From positions 1 through 64,000 of the forward strand of contig CAVXWP010000001.1 of assembly GCA_963765495.1 (NCBI GenBank): 64,000 nucleotides of DNA, in the 5' to 3' direction. Each line of letters starts with the position of its first letter. The stretch's first letter is position 1. The notes under the pieces are model-generated. The model was not told the DNA's origin. It worked only from the letters and a program-made list of their open reading frames with translations, and made no database searches. This document shows positions 39,728 through 49,524 of the stretch, in pieces. Source of the DNA: Blastocatellia bacterium. Lineage in GTDB: Bacteria; Acidobacteriota; Blastocatellia; UBA7656. The position numbers and the translations under genes were made by a program.

Positions 39728-39812
39728 TGCCCTTGGCGAGCAGAGACAACGTAAATAAACTTCGCGCTCGGTACGGCGCAAGGGATAACAACCATCAGAC
39801 CGACAAACGGGA

Positions 39813-40229
39813 ATGGCTATGCGGATAAATCCTTATCTCAATTTCAACGGCAATTGCGAGGCGGCGTTCAGTTTCTATGAGCAGTGTCTCGGGGGCAAAA
39901 TCACCATGATGCTCACGCACGGCGACGCGCCCTCGGCAGAACATGTGCCTCCGGAATGGCACAACAAAATCATGCATGCACGCCTCGAACTTGGTGACAG
40001 GGTATTGATGGGCTCTGACAGTCCGCCCGGGTACTTTGAAGAAGCCAGTGGCTTTTATGTGCAGCTTGGGATCGATGACCCGGCAGAGGCGGAACGGGTA
40101 TTTCACGCTCTGGCGGAAAACGGCAAAGTAATAATGCCTATCGATCAAACCTTCTGGTCCTTCCGTTTCGGCATGCTGGTAGATCGATTCGGCATTCCCT
40201 GGATGGTCAACTGTGAGCAGGCTGCGTGA
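39813..40229 (+). CDS. VOC-family (PhnB-like) protein
   Basis: 'INPYLNFNGNCEAAFSFY', 'IMHARL', 'TFWSFRFGMLVDRFGIPWMVN'. Confidence 0.9.
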   Translation: MAMRINPYLNFNGNCEAAFSFYEQCLGGKITMMLTHGDAPSAEHVPPEWHNKIMHARLELGDRVLMGSDSPPGYFEEASGFYVQLGIDDPAEAERVFHALAENGKVIMPIDQTFWSFRFGMLVDRFGIPWMVNCEQAA

Positions 40230-40345
40230 CTGCTCGACACGGCTTTACATTTAAACAGCCGTTCACCGACGAGACGGCCAATTGGTTTGGTCCAGGTGAA
40301 GGAAATGCGTGATCGCTGAAGAGCGAGAATTAGAAGGAGAAAATC

Positions 40346-40789
40346 ATGTTTGCAAGCAGTGCCGCAAAACAAAGGGTTGTTCAGGTTACGTACTTTTTGC
40401 TCCGCGTCATGGCCGGTTTCTTGTTCGTCCAGACAGGCGGTCTGATATTATTCGGCTGGTTTGGCGGAATGCCCGACCAGCCGAGCCCTCCGCCTATGAT
40501 GTCTCAGGTTGGCATCGGCGGTGTGCTTGAGTTCGTTGGCGGCATTTTGATAATGCTTGGCCTCTTCACTCGACCGGTCGCATTTGTTCTGTCCGGCGTG
40601 ATGGCTGTCGCCTATTGGCAATTTCATGCGCCAAACGGGGGGTGGCCAGTTCAAAACCAGGGCCTGCCTGCCGTTTTGTTCTGTTTTATCTTTCTCTACA
40701 TGGCGGCGCAGGGCGGCGGCACCTGGAGCCTCGACGCGCTGTTGTGGCGCAAACGTCAGGACACAACGAGCGAAGGGGTAATATTATGA
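40346..40789 (+). CDS. DoxX-family membrane protein
   Basis: 'LEFVGGILIMLGLFTRPVAFVLSGVMAVAYWQFH', 'GGGTWSLD'. Confidence 0.9.
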   Translation: MFASSAAKQRVVQVTYFLLRVMAGFLFVQTGGLILFGWFGGMPDQPSPPPMMSQVGIGGVLEFVGGILIMLGLFTRPVAFVLSGVMAVAYWQFHAPNGGWPVQNQGLPAVLFCFIFLYMAAQGGGTWSLDALLWRKRQDTTSEGVIL

Positions 40790-40945
40790 GCGTAGGAAAG
40801 AGGTCTTCACATCAGGGTCAAAGAGAATTGCTATATTGACATCAATGCCCGCAAGATTGAGAGAGGCTGGCATTCATCTCTGTGGGATTTCGGCAGAACA
40901 ATTCAGTTCTCAAATTGCCCTGCCGAAATTTTAGAAAACTACTGA

Positions 40946-41518
40946 TTGCTTGATGAAAAGGCTTTGCCTTTCTTTGCGACTTTGCGTATGGGCGAGAGCC
41001 TTTTGCTCGCCGAAGGGAGAATCCTGATGCAGGCTACTTCTGTCGGGTACAAACCCGAAGGTTCAAAGGCATACCGGGCAATACTGGCAGGCGGTTTCAT
41101 CGCCGGTGTGCTGGATATTACCGCCGCGTGCATCAATGCGAGACTGCGCAGTGGAAGCAGCCCCGTCCGGGTGTTCCAGTCTGTCGCGGGCGGGCTGTTT
41201 GGCGCTGAGACTTTCAACGGCGGACTGAAGACGGCCGCGCTCGGCCTCGCGTTGCATTTCCTCATCGCCACGACGGCTGCCGCCGTTTACTATGCGGCGA
41301 GTCGAAAGCTCTCGTTTCTCGTGCGGCAGCCCTGGTTCTCGGGCCCGCTTTACGGCGTTGCGGTCTACGTGTGGATGTATATGGTCGTTTTGCCGCTTTC
41401 GGCCTGGCAGTTCAAATTTTTCAACCAGCCTGTCGCCGTGATCGTCACCGGTCTGCTGATTCATATCTGCTGCATCGGGCTGCCTATCGCGTTCGTCGTG
41501 CGTCAGTATTCGAGATAA
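40946..41518 (+). CDS. Membrane protein (four TM); true start probably downstream
   Basis: 'AGVLDITAA', 'VFQSVAGGLFG', 'LGLALHFLIA', 'GPLYG', 'IGLPIA'. Confidence 0.75.
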   Translation: MLDEKALPFFATLRMGESLLLAEGRILMQATSVGYKPEGSKAYRAILAGGFIAGVLDITAACINARLRSGSSPVRVFQSVAGGLFGAETFNGGLKTAALGLALHFLIATTAAAVYYAASRKLSFLVRQPWFSGPLYGVAVYVWMYMVVLPLSAWQFKFFNQPVAVIVTGLLIHICCIGLPIAFVVRQYSR

Positions 41519-41541
41519 GAGAGACAGTCTGAGCCCGCAAC

Positions 41542-42927
41542 TCAGTAACGTCCGCTGAAGGTGCCGCGTTTTAGAAATTGCCCGTCGCCTGCTTTGCCCA
41601 CATAATTGCCGTCTTCGATTATCACGCGCCCGCGCGACAGGACTGTCTTTGCCACGCCCTTGATTTTCATCCCTTCGTATGCGCTGTAATCAACATTCAT
41701 GTGATGAGTCGCTGCCGAAATCGTCATCTCTTCTTCGGGGTCGAAGACGACAATGTCTGCGTCCGAGCCTACGGCGATAGTCCCTTTGCGCGGGAAGAGG
41801 CCAAAGAGTTTTGCCGCCGACGTAGAGGTCAATTCTACGAAACGGTTTAAGCTGATTCGGTCGCCAACCACGCCCCCGTTGTAGATCAGGCTCATTCGGT
41901 GTTCGACGCCGGGACCGCCGTTTGGAATCTTTGTGAAATCGTCGCGGCCCAACTCTTTCTGCTCCTTGAAACAGAAGGGGCAGTGATCCGTAGAGACTAC
42001 TTGCAGATCGTTGCCCGCAAGCCCCTGCCAGAGTTTATCCTGATTCCACTTTTCTCTGAGCGGCGGCGTCATCACATATTTCGCGCCCTCGAACCCTTCC
42101 TGTTCATAATAACTGTAATCGAGAAACAGATACTGCGGGCAGGTTTCAGCGTAAGCGGGAAGCCCCGCGTCGCGCGCCTCGCGCACCTCTTCGAGAGCGT
42201 CCGCGCAACTGAGGTGAACGATGTAGACGGGCGCTTCGGCCATCTCGGCTATGGCTATTGCGCGGTGCACGCCTTCGGCTTCGGCCTTTGTAGGACGAGT
42301 GAGCGCGTGATATTTAGGCGCGGTCTTGCCCTCGGCGAGCGCGTGCTTGATTATCTCGTTTATGACGATCCCGTTCTCGGCGTGCATGCAGATGAGGCCG
42401 CCCGCTTCGCCAGCCGATTTCATCGCGCGATAGATAGTCGCATCGTCTACGAGAAAGACGCCCGGATACGCCATGAAAAGCTTGAAACTCATCACGCCTT
42501 CACCTATGAGCCGACGCATTTCAGGCACGCGCTCATCGGGCAGGTCCGTAGTGATCAGATGGAATCCGTAATCAATGGCCGTCTTGCCTTCGGCTTTTCG
42601 GTGCCAGTTATCAACCGCCTCGGTAAGCGATTCACCGTGATACTGCACGGCGAAATCTATAATGGTGGTCGTTCCCCCGTGCGCCGCCGCTATGGTCCCT
42701 GTGCGAAAGTCATCCGAGGAAGAAGTGCCGCCAAATGGAAGCTCCATGTGCGTGTGCGGGTCGATGCCGCCGGGAATTACGAGTTTCCCCGAAGCATCAA
42801 TCACGCGGTCGGATTCCAAGTCGAGCGTGCGACCGATGACGGAGACCTTTTCATCTTCGATGAGAAGATCGGCTTGATAATCGTCTACGGCTGTTACGAT
42901 GCGACCGTTCTTGATAAGGGTCTTCAT
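41542..42927 (-). CDS. hydA: Dihydropyrimidinase
   Basis: 'PGGIDPHTH', 'GGTTTIIDF', 'SFKLFMAY', 'HAENG', 'STDHCPF', 'IPNGGPGVE'. Confidence 0.95.
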   Translation of the reverse strand: MKTLIKNGRIVTAVDDYQADLLIEDEKVSVIGRTLDLESDRVIDASGKLVIPGGIDPHTHMELPFGGTSSSDDFRTGTIAAAHGGTTTIIDFAVQYHGESLTEAVDNWHRKAEGKTAIDYGFHLITTDLPDERVPEMRRLIGEGVMSFKLFMAYPGVFLVDDATIYRAMKSAGEAGGLICMHAENGIVINEIIKHALAEGKTAPKYHALTRPTKAEAEGVHRAIAIAEMAEAPVYIVHLSCADALEEVREARDAGLPAYAETCPQYLFLDYSYYEQEGFEGAKYVMTPPLREKWNQDKLWQGLAGNDLQVVSTDHCPFCFKEQKELGRDDFTKIPNGGPGVEHRMSLIYNGGVVGDRISLNRFVELTSTSAAKLFGLFPRKGTIAVGSDADIVVFDPEEEMTISAATHHMNVDYSAYEGMKIKGVAKTVLSRGRVIIEDGNYVGKAGDGQFLKRGTFSGRY

Positions 42928-44246
42928 AGATTTTGCTCCAGCGATGAGAAGGCCCCGTCGAGGGCCGTGACCAGTTCATCAATGTCGGATCTGGTTGCGA
43001 TAAGCGGCGGGCCCAATCGGATCACGTTTCCGTAGAGGCCGCCTTTCCCTATCAGCACGCCGCGCTTTCGAGTCTCTTCAAAGACGCGAACTACCGACTG
43101 CGGATCGGGTTCTTTGGTCTCTCGATTCTTGACGCACTCTATCGCCTGCATCAAACCCATGCCGCGCACATCGCCTATAACCGCGTGTTTCTCTTTCAAC
43201 TCTTCAAGCCTTGCGCGCAGGTAATCGCCCACTACGCGAGCGTTTTCGGGCAGATCGTTTTCTTCGATTACTCGAATGGTCGCAAGCGCCGCCGCCGTCG
43301 TTACGGGGTTTCCTCCGAATGTAGAGAACGTAAGCGACGGATATTTATCCGCGACCTCCGCGACAGCCGTGGTGCATCCGATGGGCGAACCGTTTGCCAT
43401 GCCTTTTGCAAAGGTCATGATTTCAGGCTCTACTTCCCAGTGCTCTATCCCGAACCATTTGTCGCCCGTACGCCCCCAGCCGGTCTGCACTTCGTCGCAA
43501 ATAAATATCCCGCCGTAGCGGCGTATGATCTCGGTCACGACTTTGAAGTAGTCCTTAGGCGGAGTGATGAAACCACCCACTCCCATGATAGGCTCGGCGA
43601 TAAAGGCCGCTACCTCGCCCGATGTGGAAGTCTGAATGAGTTCTTCAACATCGCGAGCGCATTCCATAGCGCACGATTCGGGCTTGAGGTTGAAGGGACA
43701 GCGGTAACAATAAGGCGCGTGCGCGTGAATTATGCCTGCAAGCGCCGAGGGCGCGTGTTTCCACGGCGCGTGACCTGTCGCGGCCATCGCCATAATCGAA
43801 CGACCGTGGTATCCGTGGCGAAGGGCTATGATCTCCGAGCGCCCGGTGTAGATGCGGGCCAGCACCATAGCGGTTTCATCGGCCTCGGTCCCGCTGTTTG
43901 AAAAAAAGCTCTTCTTCAGACTGCCCGGCGTAATCTGAGCCATCTTTTCAGCAAGCTCTACTTGCGGGCTGTTGATATAGAGCGTCGAAGTGTGAGCAAT
44001 CTTGCCGATCTGTTCGCTTACAGCTTCGACAACTTCCGGGCGCGCGTGTCCTACGGAAGTTGTGAGCACGCCTCCGAAACAATCCAGATAGCGCGTGCCT
44101 TCGGTGTCCCACACGTGCATGCCGTCGCCGTGTGTGAGCGCAAGCGGATGCTCATAGTAAGTGCCTACGCAGGGCCAGATGTATTCCTGCTGCTTTCTGA
44201 TTAGTTCATCTGTCGCGGATTTTTCCGGTGCATTATGAGATGTCAT
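42924..44246 (-). CDS. Class III PLP aminotransferase (AGXT2/beta-alanine aminotransferase-like)
   Basis: 'NSGTEADE', 'YHGRS', 'ICDEVQTGWGRTG', 'FAKGMANG', 'TFGGNP'; coupled to hydA. Confidence 0.9.
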   Translation of the reverse strand: MTSHNAPEKSATDELIRKQQEYIWPCVGTYYEHPLALTHGDGMHVWDTEGTRYLDCFGGVLTTSVGHARPEVVEAVSEQIGKIAHTSTLYINSPQVELAEKMAQITPGSLKKSFFSNSGTEADETAMVLARIYTGRSEIIALRHGYHGRSIMAMAATGHAPWKHAPSALAGIIHAHAPYCYRCPFNLKPESCAMECARDVEELIQTSTSGEVAAFIAEPIMGVGGFITPPKDYFKVVTEIIRRYGGIFICDEVQTGWGRTGDKWFGIEHWEVEPEIMTFAKGMANGSPIGCTTAVAEVADKYPSLTFSTFGGNPVTTAAALATIRVIEENDLPENARVVGDYLRARLEELKEKHAVIGDVRGMGLMQAIECVKNRETKEPDPQSVVRVFEETRKRGVLIGKGGLYGNVIRLGPPLIATRSDIDELVTALDGAFSSLEQNL

Positions 44247-44333
44247 TACAGACCTCCAATAAATCGTGGCTTCGCGGGAAAAGCGGGATAATTAAACAAC
44301 ACACTCGGTCAAGCGTCAATGATGCGCGGCAGA

Positions 44334-44441
44334 TGATACGTGATGCGCGATACGTGATGCGTGATTTACAGCGGTCGTCTCTTATGATGTTGATTGTCAA
44401 TCTCAGTGTCACGAATCACGAATCACGAATCACGAATCACG
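44334..44441. repeat. Heptamer tandem repeats in inverted arrangement (TGATRCG)n ... (TCACGAA)n
   Basis: tgatacgtgatgcgcgatacgtgatgcgtgat ... tcacgaatcacgaatcacgaatcacgaatcacg. Confidence 0.8.
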
Positions 44442-44455
44442 TTTTGACTTTTTGC

Positions 44456-44484
44456 TTGACACCCGCAAGAGGTTGCGCTAGTAT
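44456..44484 (+). promoter_or_regulatory. Sigma70 promoter of the csp gene (long 5' UTR)
   Basis: TTGACA-17 bp-TAGTAT about 220 bp upstream of the ATG. Confidence 0.65.
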
Positions 44485-44703
44485 GCCGCCGCTTCTTAGG
44501 GAAAATGCTTTAATTAATCACCTTGAGCGATTACGAAGTGCCTGACAAATCGTCGTGGATGCTTGTGATGAAGCCGTAAAGCGAAACCTTTTTGGTAATA
44601 AGGCTTGCTTTGCGGCTTTCCCTTTTCCGAGTGCTGCCTGAAACGTCGTGAAAAGGCTGCGCGAAACAAAGCGGCCTTTGATGAAAACGAGGAGGATCCA
44701 GAG

Positions 44704-44910
44704 ATGTCGAAGTCACAAGGCAAGGTCAAATGGTTTAGCAACGCCAAAGGATACGGGTTTATTGAGCAACCGGGAGGAGCCGATGTGTTTGTTCACTACT
44801 CGGCCATAGAACAGGACGGCTACAAATCGCTGAAGCAGGGCGAAAGCGTAGAGTTCGAGGTGGTTCAGGGGCCGAAAGGGCCCCAGGCCGAGGCGGTCAA
44901 AAGAGTATAA
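44704..44910 (+). CDS. Cold-shock protein (CspA family)
   Basis: '[15 protein letters not shown]...DVFVHYSAI...[24 protein letters not shown]'; SD GAGGAGG. Confidence 0.95.
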   Translation: MSKSQGKVKWFSNAKGYGFIEQPGGADVFVHYSAIEQDGYKSLKQGESVEFEVVQGPKGPQAEAVKRV

Positions 44911-44944
44911 AACCTGCTCCAGGCGAATGAACTTCACTCACCTT

Positions 44945-44970
44945 GCCCTGCTCGATGAAGCAGGGCTTTT
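44945..44970 (+). terminator. Rho-independent terminator after csp
   Basis: GCCCTGCT-cgatga-AGCAGGGC followed by a T tract. Confidence 0.8.
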
Positions 44971-45081
44971 CTTTGTTTTCTCCTTTCCGGGCATTCGGTC
45001 AGTTCGTGTCCATACGCAAAGAGACGCAAAGCTTTCATCAAGCAAACAGCGGTTCTTATACGCAATGAAATAATCGGGATA

Positions 45082-45648
45082 TTATTCGCTGGAAGGGCGA
45101 GCCGTGAACCGCACGCTGCCGCTATCGACGCTTATCACGAAATCAATCGCTTCGGCAGACAATTCCCGCTTTAACTGATCGGCGCGCGAGGTCAAAAATT
45201 TCGTGAATAATTCGAGGCTGAGGTTGCCGATTCTCTCTCCGCACTCTCGTTTTGCGGCTATCAGATAATCGTAAATTTCGCTTACTTTCTCAGGCTCAAG
45301 TTTAGGGTTTCTACAACGCACGCTGGCCGACAGGGATCGCATCGCCGATACCGACTCAGCCGTGGGCGGTCTCCCGCTTTGCTCGCGGTCCTGGGTCTGC
45401 CGCCTCCACAGTTCGCGCATCACGTTGTAACGCGCTACAAGGCTGTTGTAGCGGAATCGCTGGCTGAATGCCATCCCGCGCGCATCATAGAGCCGTTTGA
45501 TGGCAGTCTCTACGCGACCCTTTGTGTCGTTAGGCGGGCGCATCGTGCCGCCGTTGAAAAAGATGTCGTATTCAACCTTGAGTCGGCGCATTTCATGTTC
45601 AAGCCGGTCCAGCTGATCGTCTATTTCATTAAATTTCTTCTCTTCCAT
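45082..45648 (-). CDS. MXAN_5187 C-terminal-domain-like protein
   Basis: 'LKVEYDIFFNGG..RPP', 'RFRYNSLVARY', 'IYDYLIAAKRECGE', 'IDFVISVDSGSVRFTARP'. Confidence 0.7.
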   Translation of the reverse strand: MEEKKFNEIDDQLDRLEHEMRRLKVEYDIFFNGGTMRPPNDTKGRVETAIKRLYDARGMAFSQRFRYNSLVARYNVMRELWRRQTQDREQSGRPPTAESVSAMRSLSASVRCRNPKLEPEKVSEIYDYLIAAKRECGERIGNLSLELFTKFLTSRADQLKRELSAEAIDFVISVDSGSVRFTARPSSE

Positions 45649-45739
45649 TTGATCTCACTCAAGCGGGGGCCTATGTGGATCACTCAGGGGGTTATGCTAA
45701 AATGTAAGCGAGGCACCCCCTGGTGTCAACCGTAATAAC

Positions 45740-47170
45740 ATGGCGCATGAGTATCTCAGAACGTTGCCCTCGATGGACCGGCTGCTTGCGACGCCTCTGG
45801 CCGAAAGGTTGTCTGTCGGCCTGGGGCGCGACCGCGTGCGCGACCTGTTGCGCGAAATCACAGACCTGTTAAGGCGCGAATTGACCGAAAACGGCGGCGA
45901 TAAAACTCTGGCTACCGATGCCTGGATCGCCGAGATAGATGCGAGACTCGAAGCTCGCGCGGCAGAGATTTCGCGGTCATCGCTCAGGCGGGTGATCAAC
46001 GCAACGGGCGTCATCCTGCACACAAACCTCGGACGCGCCCCGCTCGCTCGCCGGGCAATCGAAGCCTCAAACGAGGTCGCCTCTCATTATTCGAATCTGG
46101 AATACGACCTCGCGCGCGGAGAGCGCGGCAGACGCGAATCGCACTCTCAGGAATTGCTTGCGAGGCTCGCGGGAAGCGAGTCCGCGATAGTAGCCAATAA
46201 CAATGCGGCGGCGGTGCTGATAGTGCTAAACACGCTGGCCGAAGGCGGGGAAGTCATCGTTTCGCGCGGCGAGTTGATAGAGATCGGCGGCAGCTTTCGC
46301 ATACCGGAAGTGATGGAAAAAAGCGGCGCGCGGCTTTGCGAAGTCGGGACCACAAACCGCACCCGCATAGAAGATTACCAGCGCGCAATAAACGAAAATA
46401 CCCGGCTCATCCTCCGCGTGCACCCGTCAAATTATCGCATAATAGGTTTTACCGAGCGACCCGACCCTCGTGAAATTGCGGACCTGGCTCGCCTCTCCGG
46501 CATACCTTCGTTTGAAGACCTGGGATCGGGCTGCCTGATAGACCTCGCGCCCTTTGGCGTAAAGGACGAGCCGGTCGTCGCGCACTCGATCCGTTCGGGC
46601 ATAACCGTAGTCTCTTTCAGCGGCGACAAGATGCTTGGCGGGCCGCAGGCCGGTATTATCGCGGGAACCGGGGCCGTGATTGATCGCGTTCGAAAAAACC
46701 CGTTGATGCGCGCCCTGCGCGTGGACAAGACGACTTATGCCGCCCTCGAAGCTACGCTGATGATTTACGAGCAGGGCCGGGCCGAGACCGATGTGCCGGT
46801 CATCCGCGCCATAGCGGCTACGCGGGATGAGATCGAAGAGCGTGCCTCGCGCTTTATCAAACGCCTCGAAGAAAGAGGGTGTAGGCTTAGAGCCGATCTC
46901 GAAGAGGGGAGTTCGGTGATCGGTGGCGGGTCCGCACCCGAAGCGAAGTTACCAACTATTCTTATCGCGCTCGAAAGTGGGGAGCTCTCTGCCCGATCAA
47001 TAGAAGAAAGATTGCGAGCCAATCACGTTCCAATCATAACGCGGACCGAGCGCGACCGCGTACTGCTTGACCTGCGCACGGTTGCCCCTGACGAAGAGGC
47101 GATAATAGTTGATGCGCTTGAGACGCTCGTCGCAACCCCGACCGAGAGTTTTACATCAGTAAAGATATGA
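45740..47170 (+). CDS. selA: L-seryl-tRNA(Sec) selenium transferase
   Basis: 'VINATGVILHTNLGRAPL', 'YSNLEYDL', 'SRGELIEIGGSFRIP', 'EVGTTNRT', 'FSGDKMLGGPQAG'. Confidence 0.95.
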   Translation: MAHEYLRTLPSMDRLLATPLAERLSVGLGRDRVRDLLREITDLLRRELTENGGDKTLATDAWIAEIDARLEARAAEISRSSLRRVINATGVILHTNLGRAPLARRAIEASNEVASHYSNLEYDLARGERGRRESHSQELLARLAGSESAIVANNNAAAVLIVLNTLAEGGEVIVSRGELIEIGGSFRIPEVMEKSGARLCEVGTTNRTRIEDYQRAINENTRLILRVHPSNYRIIGFTERPDPREIADLARLSGIPSFEDLGSGCLIDLAPFGVKDEPVVAHSIRSGITVVSFSGDKMLGGPQAGIIAGTGAVIDRVRKNPLMRALRVDKTTYAALEATLMIYEQGRAETDVPVIRAIAATRDEIEERASRFIKRLEERGCRLRADLEEGSSVIGGGSAPEAKLPTILIALESGELSARSIEERLRANHVPIITRTERDRVLLDLRTVAPDEEAIIVDALETLVATPTESFTSVKI

Positions 47171-47171
47171 A

Positions 47172-48869
47172 GTGAAAGGTAAAACGAAGATGGCATTAAC
47201 ACTATTGAATTTGATTCTGGCGCAAATGGCGCAGGGCATCCCGTGGTATGTGTGGACCGGGGCGGCGCTCGGTTTTGTTTTAGGCATATCGCTTGTCGTC
47301 TATTTTTTCCTCCGCCTCAAAAAGAGCGATAAGGAACCGGAGGAAGATTGGACCCTGTCGAGCCGCAGCCTGTTCGCCAACGCCGAGCGGCGCGCCGATG
47401 AAGTACAACAGGATGAAGTACAACAGGATGAGGTGTGGGAACAACCGGCGGCAGAAATTCAAGCAGATGAAACGCAGGAGATTGAAGCCCTGCCATCCCG
47501 AGCCCGACCTGTTCAGGAAGCCATCGCGCGCGAGACCGAAGAGCTTTCGGCTTCGTTTCCCGAAGAGACTGCCGCGCTCTCAAATGATGCGGGCGAATTG
47601 GAACCACGGATGACCGAGCGATTGGAATCCGCTTATCCGATTGAAACCGAGCAAGCGCCCCGCGTCGCTGAACCTGAGCCGGAAAGATTTATCGAAGAGC
47701 CGCCGCGCGAAACTCCCGCCACGCAGTTGCTTGGAAGTTCTCCGCCTCCCGCATCCACCCCCGCAGTCGAAACGCCGGAAGAAGATACGCCTTTCGATGA
47801 CATCTGGAACGAGCTTGTTCGGGAAGGGTATTCGAAAGTCCAAACCGAAGAGGTTGAAGCGGGACCTCGGGCAGAGTCTTCTCAACCGCCACAGGCGGAG
47901 CCTCCACCTGTAGAGCCTCCGCTTGTAGCGCCTCCGCTTGTAGAGCCTCCGCTTGTAGCGCGAGTCGAGCAGCGCCCGCCGCGAGAGCCGTTCGAGCCGC
48001 CGCGCATGGAGCGTGTGAGGCATCGAGAGCCGTTTGAGCCGCCTGTAATTCTTCCAATCGAGCCGGGAGAACACCCCCTTTCTGAGCCGCCGCCCGCGCG
48101 GCCTGCCCGCCCCACGCAAATGGCCTTCGATTCGCGCGAGACCTCTGAGCGGAAAGCGCCGCCGGAACCGTCCGGCATCGAGCCGGTCATCGTTGAACCT
48201 GCTATCGAGAGAGAGACCGAACCTGTTCGGGTATCGGCGGTTCCTGCGCAACTGCCTCGCGGGCGCAAGGTTTCGGGGTCAGTGCTGGGATTACCGTCGG
48301 AGTCTACGGGCGGGCCGCTTGTATTCGGAGAGCCTGCGGCTGAGACGGGAACAGTGGGCTCATTGACAAACTACGGGAAAGACCTGGACAAGGGAGGAGG
48401 CCACGGCGGCACTATCGCGCTGTTGATCGCGATCATTCTGGTAGGCGGCGGGTTGCTGGCCTACTTCTATGTTCCCGTGGTCCACGCCAGGGTCAACGCT
48501 TTTGTGGGGCGAATGCGCGGCGATGATGTGGCGGCCCGAGAGGCGGCGGCCCGAGTGATCAGAGCGCAGATTTACCCCGTTCGCAGGCCCGAAGTGGACA
48601 AGAATATAGTCAAGGCGAAGGGCGCGGTTTATAACATCACAGATGAACCGCTTCAGGGCTTAACCGTAGAAGTGACCCTCGAACGTTACGACGGCGGACC
48701 CGCTGATGTCCGAACTGTTGGGGTGACGCCTGACTCTCTGGTGAAAGATCAGCAGGGCGTTTATGAATTCGATTACGACGGCAAAGAGTTCAGGGGGTAC
48801 AGAGTTACGAAGCTGAACACCAGCAACGGAGAGGTGAGGTATTCAACTCCCACTCAGCCGCGAAGTTGA
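47172..48869 (+). CDS. Two-TM protein with long Pro/Glu-rich disordered region and C-terminal Ig-like (FxLYD-like) domain
   Basis: TM near aa 22-48 and aa ~415-435; 15-bp internal repeats (DEVQQ, PPLVE/A); 'VKAKGAVYNITDEPLQGLTVEVTL'. Confidence 0.7.
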   Translation: MKGKTKMALTLLNLILAQMAQGIPWYVWTGAALGFVLGISLVVYFFLRLKKSDKEPEEDWTLSSRSLFANAERRADEVQQDEVQQDEVWEQPAAEIQADETQEIEALPSRARPVQEAIARETEELSASFPEETAALSNDAGELEPRMTERLESAYPIETEQAPRVAEPEPERFIEEPPRETPATQLLGSSPPPASTPAVETPEEDTPFDDIWNELVREGYSKVQTEEVEAGPRAESSQPPQAEPPPVEPPLVAPPLVEPPLVARVEQRPPREPFEPPRMERVRHREPFEPPVILPIEPGEHPLSEPPPARPARPTQMAFDSRETSERKAPPEPSGIEPVIVEPAIERETEPVRVSAVPAQLPRGRKVSGSVLGLPSESTGGPLVFGEPAAETGTVGSLTNYGKDLDKGGGHGGTIALLIAIILVGGGLLAYFYVPVVHARVNAFVGRMRGDDVAAREAAARVIRAQIYPVRRPEVDKNIVKAKGAVYNITDEPLQGLTVEVTLERYDGGPADVRTVGVTPDSLVKDQQGVYEFDYDGKEFRGYRVTKLNTSNGEVRYSTPTQPRS

Positions 48870-49483
48870 GACTCGAATTTATCGAAAAGATGAGAATAGC
48901 AAAGATCGTCAAATCGAATTCGCACGTTGATTACATAGGGCGGGTTCTTGACGCTCTCGATTCAAGTGATACGCCTTCGCCCGAAGATTATATGTTCGGG
49001 CAGTTCGTCTCTATCCCGGCAGGCGTCACGACAACCGTGGGCGTGATATACAATTCGCAACTGATCAATCCCGAGTACGGACGGCTGGGTCCGCGACTCT
49101 CAAGCTCTGCCGAGATGAACGCAGTCTTCAGTCCCGACCTGCTGAACGAACAGGGAGTACTGATCGGGCTTTTGCTGCTGGGCTGGATAGACGGGGACGG
49201 GCCTGCTCATCAGGGGGTGCCGCGCCCGGTAATCGCCGTCAACTCCGAGATCATCACGATGAACGAAGACGAAGTGCGCTCGTTTCATACGGGCAGCGAC
49301 GGGCGGCTCGCCCTGCATTATTACGCACAGGTGATAACGCACGCGCGGCTCTTTGCGCCGCAACTGATGCTCGCCCTGCTCGATCAGCTTGACGAGCTTT
49401 TTGGCGAGCAGTCGAGAGCGGAAATCGCCGTGCTCAGGCGCAGCCTGAACTGGCAACAGGTTTTTCAAAACAAGTCGGTTTGA
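48866..49483 (+). CDS. HAS-barrel-like hypothetical protein
   Basis: 'IAKIVKSNSHVDYIGRV...PEDYMFGQFV...VGVIYN...NPEYG'. Confidence 0.6.
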   Translation: MRLEFIEKMRIAKIVKSNSHVDYIGRVLDALDSSDTPSPEDYMFGQFVSIPAGVTTTVGVIYNSQLINPEYGRLGPRLSSSAEMNAVFSPDLLNEQGVLIGLLLLGWIDGDGPAHQGVPRPVIAVNSEIITMNEDEVRSFHTGSDGRLALHYYAQVITHARLFAPQLMLALLDQLDELFGEQSRAEIAVLRRSLNWQQVFQNKSV

Positions 49484-49524
49484 TGCATGAAAAGTATTCC
49501 AAATGAAAGACGATATCTGAATAT

